Virus record (IMG/VR): IMGVR_UViG_3300012942_000078 | Span: 1-40,966 of that record | DNA from: a virus | Lineage: Duplodnaviria; Caudoviricetes | Length of the DNA stretch: 40,966 nucleotides | Strand: one strand, 5' to 3' | Shown: positions 37,173 through 40,966 of the stretch, one piece after another | Layout of the letters: each line of letters begins with the position of its first letter | How positions within the stretch are numbered: the first letter of the stretch is position 1 | Made by a program: the position numbers and the translations under genes | Notes under the pieces: generated by a model | What the model saw: only the letters and a program-made list of their open reading frames with translations | What the model was told of the DNA's origin: nothing | Database searches by the model: none

Positions 37173-37429
37173 GAACCGCACCCGACACCGGCGAAAGCAG
37201 CGCCAGCATCAACCGCCGCGCCGATGACGCAGCATGGCCTTTCGTCCGCGCCGAACTGGAAAGCGGCGCCACGCTGCTTCGCATTCCCAAACTGCGACGG
37301 GCTTATCCGGATCGGGGAAACGGCCCTTATGGCCGGGGCCTGAACGATGTCCGTGTTCGCAAGCTGGAACGCGAAGGCATCCTTCGCCATATCGGCGTGG
37401 ACCGCTATGCGCTGGCGGCGGCGCCATGA
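37169..37429 (+). CDS. Hypothetical protein (winged-helix-like C-terminus)
   Basis: VRKLEREGILRHIGVDRYAL. Confidence 0.65.
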   Translation: MRTAPDTGESSASINRRADDAAWPFVRAELESGATLLRIPKLRRAYPDRGNGPYGRGLNDVRVRKLEREGILRHIGVDRYALAAAP

Positions 37430-37587
37430 CCAACACCGTCCGCCTCTACTGGGCGCAGATCGCGCGGATGGAAGCCGACCGCCGTGCCGAAGAGCGGCGC
37501 ATGGCCCGGCGCGAAATGTTCAATACGCTCGCCCTGGTGGCGGTGCTGGCGGTCATCATCCTGATATCGCTGCGGGTGCCGGGATGA
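37426..37587 (+). CDS. Small protein with C-terminal TM
   Basis: ATGA coupling; LALVAVLAVIILISL. Confidence 0.6.
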   Translation: MTNTVRLYWAQIARMEADRRAEERRMARREMFNTLALVAVLAVIILISLRVPG

Positions 37588-37721
37588 CGCCGTTGGGCCG
37601 CGAAGACCTGGACGCGATCGCGGCCCATGGCACGCGCGGAGGCGCGTTGCCGCCCGGCTTCTGGATCGTGGCCAGTCTTGCCGCCCTGGCGCTCGCCGCC
37701 TTCGGCGCGGTGCTGCTGTGA
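37584..37721 (+). CDS. Small protein with C-terminal TM
   Basis: ATGA coupling; FWIVASLAALALAAFGAVLL. Confidence 0.6.
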   Translation: MTPLGREDLDAIAAHGTRGGALPPGFWIVASLAALALAAFGAVLL

Positions 37722-37957
37722 GCCCGGCCGCGCATAGCGATTATGGCGTTCATCGCCACCCGTCGGACCGGATCATGCCGCGCACCCAGCGCGAGGCCGG
37801 CATCGACTGGCGCGGCTGGGAGGGCCGGCTGCACCCACAGCGCCCCTGGCTGTCGATCATCGCCATCACCCTGGCCGCGACGGCGGGCAGCTTTTTCCTG
37901 CTGGCACTTTGCGCCTGGGGCCGTGACGCGCTGCTGGCGGCGGGATGGATTCAATAG
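37718..37957 (+). CDS. Small protein with C-terminal TM
   Basis: GTGA coupling; WLSIIAITLAATAGSFFLLAL. Confidence 0.6.
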   Translation: MSPAAHSDYGVHRHPSDRIMPRTQREAGIDWRGWEGRLHPQRPWLSIIAITLAATAGSFFLLALCAWGRDALLAAGWIQ

Positions 37958-37966
37958 GGGCGGGAC

Positions 37967-38521
37967 ATGAAGGCACAGACACGCGGCGGCGCCGCCATCG
38001 AAACCGGCGTCAACCTGGTGGTGGGATTCGGCCTCTCCTGGGCGATCAACTGTTGGTGCCTGCCGCTGTTCGGGATGCAGCCCAGCCTTGGCGCGCTCTG
38101 GGGCCTGGGCGGCATCTTCACCGCCGCCAGCATCATGCGCCAATTCTGCCTGCGCCGCCTGTTCGAATGGCTGCGCATCCGCAAGGCCCCGCCGGAATTC
38201 CTCTATATCGCCCAGGAACTGGCGGCCGAACGCAATCGCCAGATCATAAGCGAGGGCTACGACCTCGCCCATGACGATCAGTATCACCGGGGCGAACTGC
38301 AACGCGCCGCCGCCTGGTATGCCCTGGCGGGCGCGCGCTGGACAAATGCCACGCTGCCGCCCTGCGACCTTGGGCTCTTCGCCAGCAACACCTATGGCTG
38401 GCCCTGGGACCGCTCGTTCTGGCGCCCCACCACGGCGCGCCGCGACCTGGTGAAGGCCGGCGCCCTGATCATCGCCGCTATCGGCCGCATCGATCGCGCC
38501 GCCCGCCAGGTGCGCAAATGA
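37967..38521 (+). CDS. 2-TM domain fused to Ead/Ea22-associated-type domain
   Basis: ETGVNLVVGF...PLFG...RRLFE then AAERNRQ..EGY...HDD...WPW..WRP. Confidence 0.75.
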   Translation: MKAQTRGGAAIETGVNLVVGFGLSWAINCWCLPLFGMQPSLGALWGLGGIFTAASIMRQFCLRRLFEWLRIRKAPPEFLYIAQELAAERNRQIISEGYDLAHDDQYHRGELQRAAAWYALAGARWTNATLPPCDLGLFASNTYGWPWDRSFWRPTTARRDLVKAGALIIAAIGRIDRAARQVRK

Positions 38522-38778
38522 AGGACCGCTTCGGCCGTTCCATACAGGTCGGCTGGCCTGAGCATCACATCCTCTGGATCGAGGCGGCGATGACATTGCC
38601 CCGCGCAGAGCGCAATGTCGCATTCAACGACATCGCGGAGATGACGGGGCGCGGTTACGCCTCGGTCTATTACAAGTATCGGGACATCCTGCGCGAACGC
38701 GAAGCCGCCAAGCGACGCAGCGATCTCGCCGCGCAATCACGGGCGCACCAGGAAGCCGCCGCATCGGTGCGCGCATGA
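38518..38778 (+). CDS. Small HTH/Myb-like protein
   Basis: W....L...DIAEMTGRGYASV. Confidence 0.65.
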   Translation: MKDRFGRSIQVGWPEHHILWIEAAMTLPRAERNVAFNDIAEMTGRGYASVYYKYRDILREREAAKRRSDLAAQSRAHQEAAASVRA

Positions 38779-39065
38779 CCGGCACCAGCGACGATTACGT
38801 GAAGGTCCAGGGCAAGGCGCGGCATGTCCGCGACAATTCTGTCCTGTTCTCGGTCGGCGACGGCGTTTCGCGCGGCGCCTGGATACCGCGCAGCCTGCTC
38901 CATGGTGCCGACGATCTGCAATTGCGTGACCGCGCCCACCAGATCAACCGCACCGGCACCAATGTCGGCACGCCGATGGTGCTGCGCATCCGCCGCTGGA
39001 AGGCCGAGGAAGTCGGCTTCACGGGCGATGCCGATGATCAGACCGCCGATCTGTTCCCAACCTGA
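38775..39065 (+). CDS. Small beta-rich hypothetical phage protein
   Basis: AWIPRSLL...RWKAEEVGF. Confidence 0.7.
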   Translation: MTGTSDDYVKVQGKARHVRDNSVLFSVGDGVSRGAWIPRSLLHGADDLQLRDRAHQINRTGTNVGTPMVLRIRRWKAEEVGFTGDADDQTADLFPT

Positions 39066-39088
39066 ATTTTCCAAAGGAGACGAAAAAC

Positions 39089-39961
39089 ATGACATCACTT
39101 ACAAAAACCAATCCCAATGCACCGGCCATAATCGCGACCGGGGCCCAACAGATTTCCATTCTCGCAGGCACGGTATTGGGCGGCTTTCACTTCGGCGCGG
39201 ACACGGCGGTCGATATCGCCCCCGACCTTTTGCAGCCGGGCCGCGATTACGCCGTCACCGTGGCGGACGGCCGGATCAGCGTGACCGAACTGTCCTCACC
39301 TACCCTGGCCGACGATGTGCTGGGCGGCTTCCACTTCGCGCCGGGCGGCAACGCCGCCGCGCGCAATGGCGGCGACACCACCCCGGCCATCAATCCCTAT
39401 TCCATCTGGGACCGGAACTTCCGCCCGGCCTGCGATGATCCGCGCGGCATGACGCGGGTGGAACTGGAGGGTGGCAAAGCCTTCTGGTGCGACATCTACC
39501 TGACGGCGGCGGAACACAGCCTGGGCACCAGCCGCTTCGGTGCCACCATCGCGGACGGCGATGACATCCCGCAGAAGGCCGGTGACAAGGAGTTCGACAG
39601 CTTCGATTATGAAGCCGCCAAGGCCGTCCTGGCGCATCACGGCAAGGGCCTGCTGAACATCTATGAGTTCTTCGCCGCCGCCATCGGTGTGACCGAGAAA
39701 TCGGCGCCGCGCCGCGATCCCAAGACCACCAAGCTTGACGCTCCGCGAACGAGCAAGTGGGGCGTGATGCAGGCCACCGGCAACATGTGGGTCTGGGGCA
39801 CGGACGGTGATCCCGACATGCCGCGCGCGTCTATCTTCGGCGGCTCCTGGCTCTACGGCGGCTACGCGGGATCGCGTTACGCGTATCTCGGCTACTGGCC
39901 GGACTGCTCGCGCGACAGTTTCGGCGCGCGCGGGCGCAGTGACCACCTGCAACTTGGATAG
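39089..39961 (+). CDS. Mtd-like C-type-lectin-fold protein; DGR target 1
   Basis: GGFHFAPG, INPYSIWD..FRP..DPRGM, FWCDIYL, TSKWGV.QA.G..W.W, FGARG..DHL as in Bordetella BPP-1 Mtd; AAAGGAG RBS. Confidence 0.9.
   Translation: MTSLTKTNPNAPAIIATGAQQISILAGTVLGGFHFGADTAVDIAPDLLQPGRDYAVTVADGRISVTELSSPTLADDVLGGFHFAPGGNAAARNGGDTTPAINPYSIWDRNFRPACDDPRGMTRVELEGGKAFWCDIYLTAAEHSLGTSRFGATIADGDDIPQKAGDKEFDSFDYEAAKAVLAHHGKGLLNIYEFFAAAIGVTEKSAPRRDPKTTKLDAPRTSKWGVMQATGNMWVWGTDGDPDMPRASIFGGSWLYGGYAGSRYAYLGYWPDCSRDSFGARGRSDHLQLG
39817..39961 (+). repeat. DGR variable region VR1 with G/C tract and IMH-like end
   Basis: 145-bp near-identical repeat of 40777-40921, 11 mismatches, none synonymous. Confidence 0.85.
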
Positions 39962-39980
39962 AAGCCGCGACAGCGGCTTC
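39961..39980 (+). other. DGR target-recognition hairpin 1
   Basis: GAAGCCGC-GACA-GCGGCTTC starting at the G of the stop codon. Confidence 0.8.
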
Positions 39981-40003
39981 CGCAACCTTTGAACAGGGAA
40001 ACC

Positions 40004-40921
40004 ATGACCATGAAAAAGCGCACCACCAAGAAAGCGCCCGCCGCCAGAAAGGCGCCACTCATCAAGCGTGACAAGGCCAGCCCGGCAATCAGGATCGTCG
40101 GCGGCGATGCCAAGGTGAAGGCAGGCGTCACGTTCCGTGGCGCCCCCATCAAGAAGGACCTGGCCGTCGCGGCACCTGCAGGCGGCTATATGCCGGGTTG
40201 CGACTATGTCGTGACCATCGTGCGCGGCAAAGCCGTGGCGCAGCCGATGGCATCGGCCAGCATACCGGCGAACGCCATTGGCGGCTTTCATTTCGCGCCT
40301 GGCGGGAACGCGGCGGCGGAGGCGGGCGGCGATGGCGTGCCGGCGATCAACCCGCATTCCATCTGGGATCGCAACTTCCGGCCGGCCTGCAAAGACCCGC
40401 GCGGCATGACCCTGGTGGACGTGCCCGGCAAGGGCCGTATCTGGTGCGATATCTACCTGCTCGGCAAAGACCACCTGGAACAGGGCACCAGCAGGTTCGG
40501 CGTCACCATCGCGGACGGGACCGACCGCCCGCAGAACCCCGCCGGCGGCACCTTCGCGAAGTTCGATTATGCGGCGGCGTGCGCGGTGATGAAACACCAC
40601 GACAAGAAATTGCTGGGCGCCGAGGAATTCTTCACCGCCACCATCGGCGTCATCGAAAAGACCGCCGCGACGGGGGAGCCGAAATCCACCGGCCTGGACG
40701 CGCCACGGACCAGCCGGTGGGGCGTGATGCAGGCGACGGGCAACATGTGGGTCTGGGGCACGGACGGCCATCCCACCATGCCGCGCGCGTCTCTCTTCGG
40801 CGGCTCCTGGCTCGACGGCGGCTGCGCGGGATCGCGTTGCGCGAGTCTCGTCTACTGGCCGGACTACTCGCTCGACTGTTTCGGCGCGCGCGGGCGCAGT
40901 GACCACCTGCAACTTGCATAG
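40004..40921 (+). CDS. Mtd-like C-type-lectin-fold protein; DGR target 2
   Basis: Paralog of 39089-39961 with a basic N-terminal extension; start 40004 or 40010. Confidence 0.9.
   Translation: MTMKKRTTKKAPAARKAPLIKRDKASPAIRIVGGDAKVKAGVTFRGAPIKKDLAVAAPAGGYMPGCDYVVTIVRGKAVAQPMASASIPANAIGGFHFAPGGNAAAEAGGDGVPAINPHSIWDRNFRPACKDPRGMTLVDVPGKGRIWCDIYLLGKDHLEQGTSRFGVTIADGTDRPQNPAGGTFAKFDYAAACAVMKHHDKKLLGAEEFFTATIGVIEKTAATGEPKSTGLDAPRTSRWGVMQATGNMWVWGTDGHPTMPRASLFGGSWLDGGCAGSRCASLVYWPDYSLDCFGARGRSDHLQLA
40777..40921 (+). repeat. DGR variable region VR2 with G/C tract and IMH-like end
   Basis: Copy of VR1 at offset 960 bp. Confidence 0.85.
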
Positions 40922-40940
40922 CCGCCGCGACAGCGGCGGC
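40921..40940 (+). other. DGR target-recognition hairpin 2
   Basis: GCCGCCGC-GACA-GCGGCGGC. Confidence 0.8.
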
Positions 40941-40966
40941 AGGATTCCTGCCCGATGATCACCAGG

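Larger units (their letters stand above)
100..40966. mobile_element. Siphovirus-type (HK97 head, long non-contractile tail) prophage, right end outside the window
   Basis: Contiguous lysis, tail, head, terminase, replication and immunity modules in lambdoid order. Confidence 0.95.

Noticed and set aside
39296-40912. 538-aa minus-strand ORF with an internal repeat
   Set aside because: Antisense shadow of the two Mtd-like genes
39089-40921. VR1/VR2 as a simple recent gene duplication or gene conversion
   Set aside because: The rest of the paralogs is well diverged with synonymous changes, while the repeat has only position 1-2 non-synonymous changes biased to A
1-40966. Reverse transcriptase, TR or integrase inside the window
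   Set aside because: No ORF with RT or tyrosine/large-serine integrase motifs was seen, and no third AAC-rich copy of the VR was found by eye
1-40966. CRISPR array or rRNA
   Set aside because: No regularly spaced repeats or rRNA-like sequence were seen

Overview
The window is almost entirely one GC-rich, lambdoid-organised siphovirus prophage, most likely of an alphaproteobacterium (GcrA homolog, GTA-gp9/gp10-like tail genes). Its left end is marked by a truncated 5' tRNA-Gln fragment (probable attL, ~100-123). Left to right: a small accessory region; lysis (GH19 endolysin, holin, Rz with embedded Rz1); tail; HK97-type head and terminase; HNH; replication and accessory genes (three DNA methyltransferases in total, tandem resolvase-like genes, ParB, GcrA); a cro/cI switch with identical 24-bp promoter-operators; then a rightward early operon. 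That operon ends in two tandem Mtd-like C-type-lectin-fold genes. Their 3' ends differ only at codon positions 1-2, and each is followed by a G/C tract, an IMH-like segment and a GACA-loop hairpin. This is the signature of a two-target diversity-generating retroelement (DGR). Unusually, the targets lie in the early operon, ~30 kb from the tail genes, and seem to lack Mtd's N-terminal beta-prism. No TR, reverse transcriptase or integrase is visible; these are predicted just beyond the right edge. All family calls come from motif recognition by eye, not database searches.
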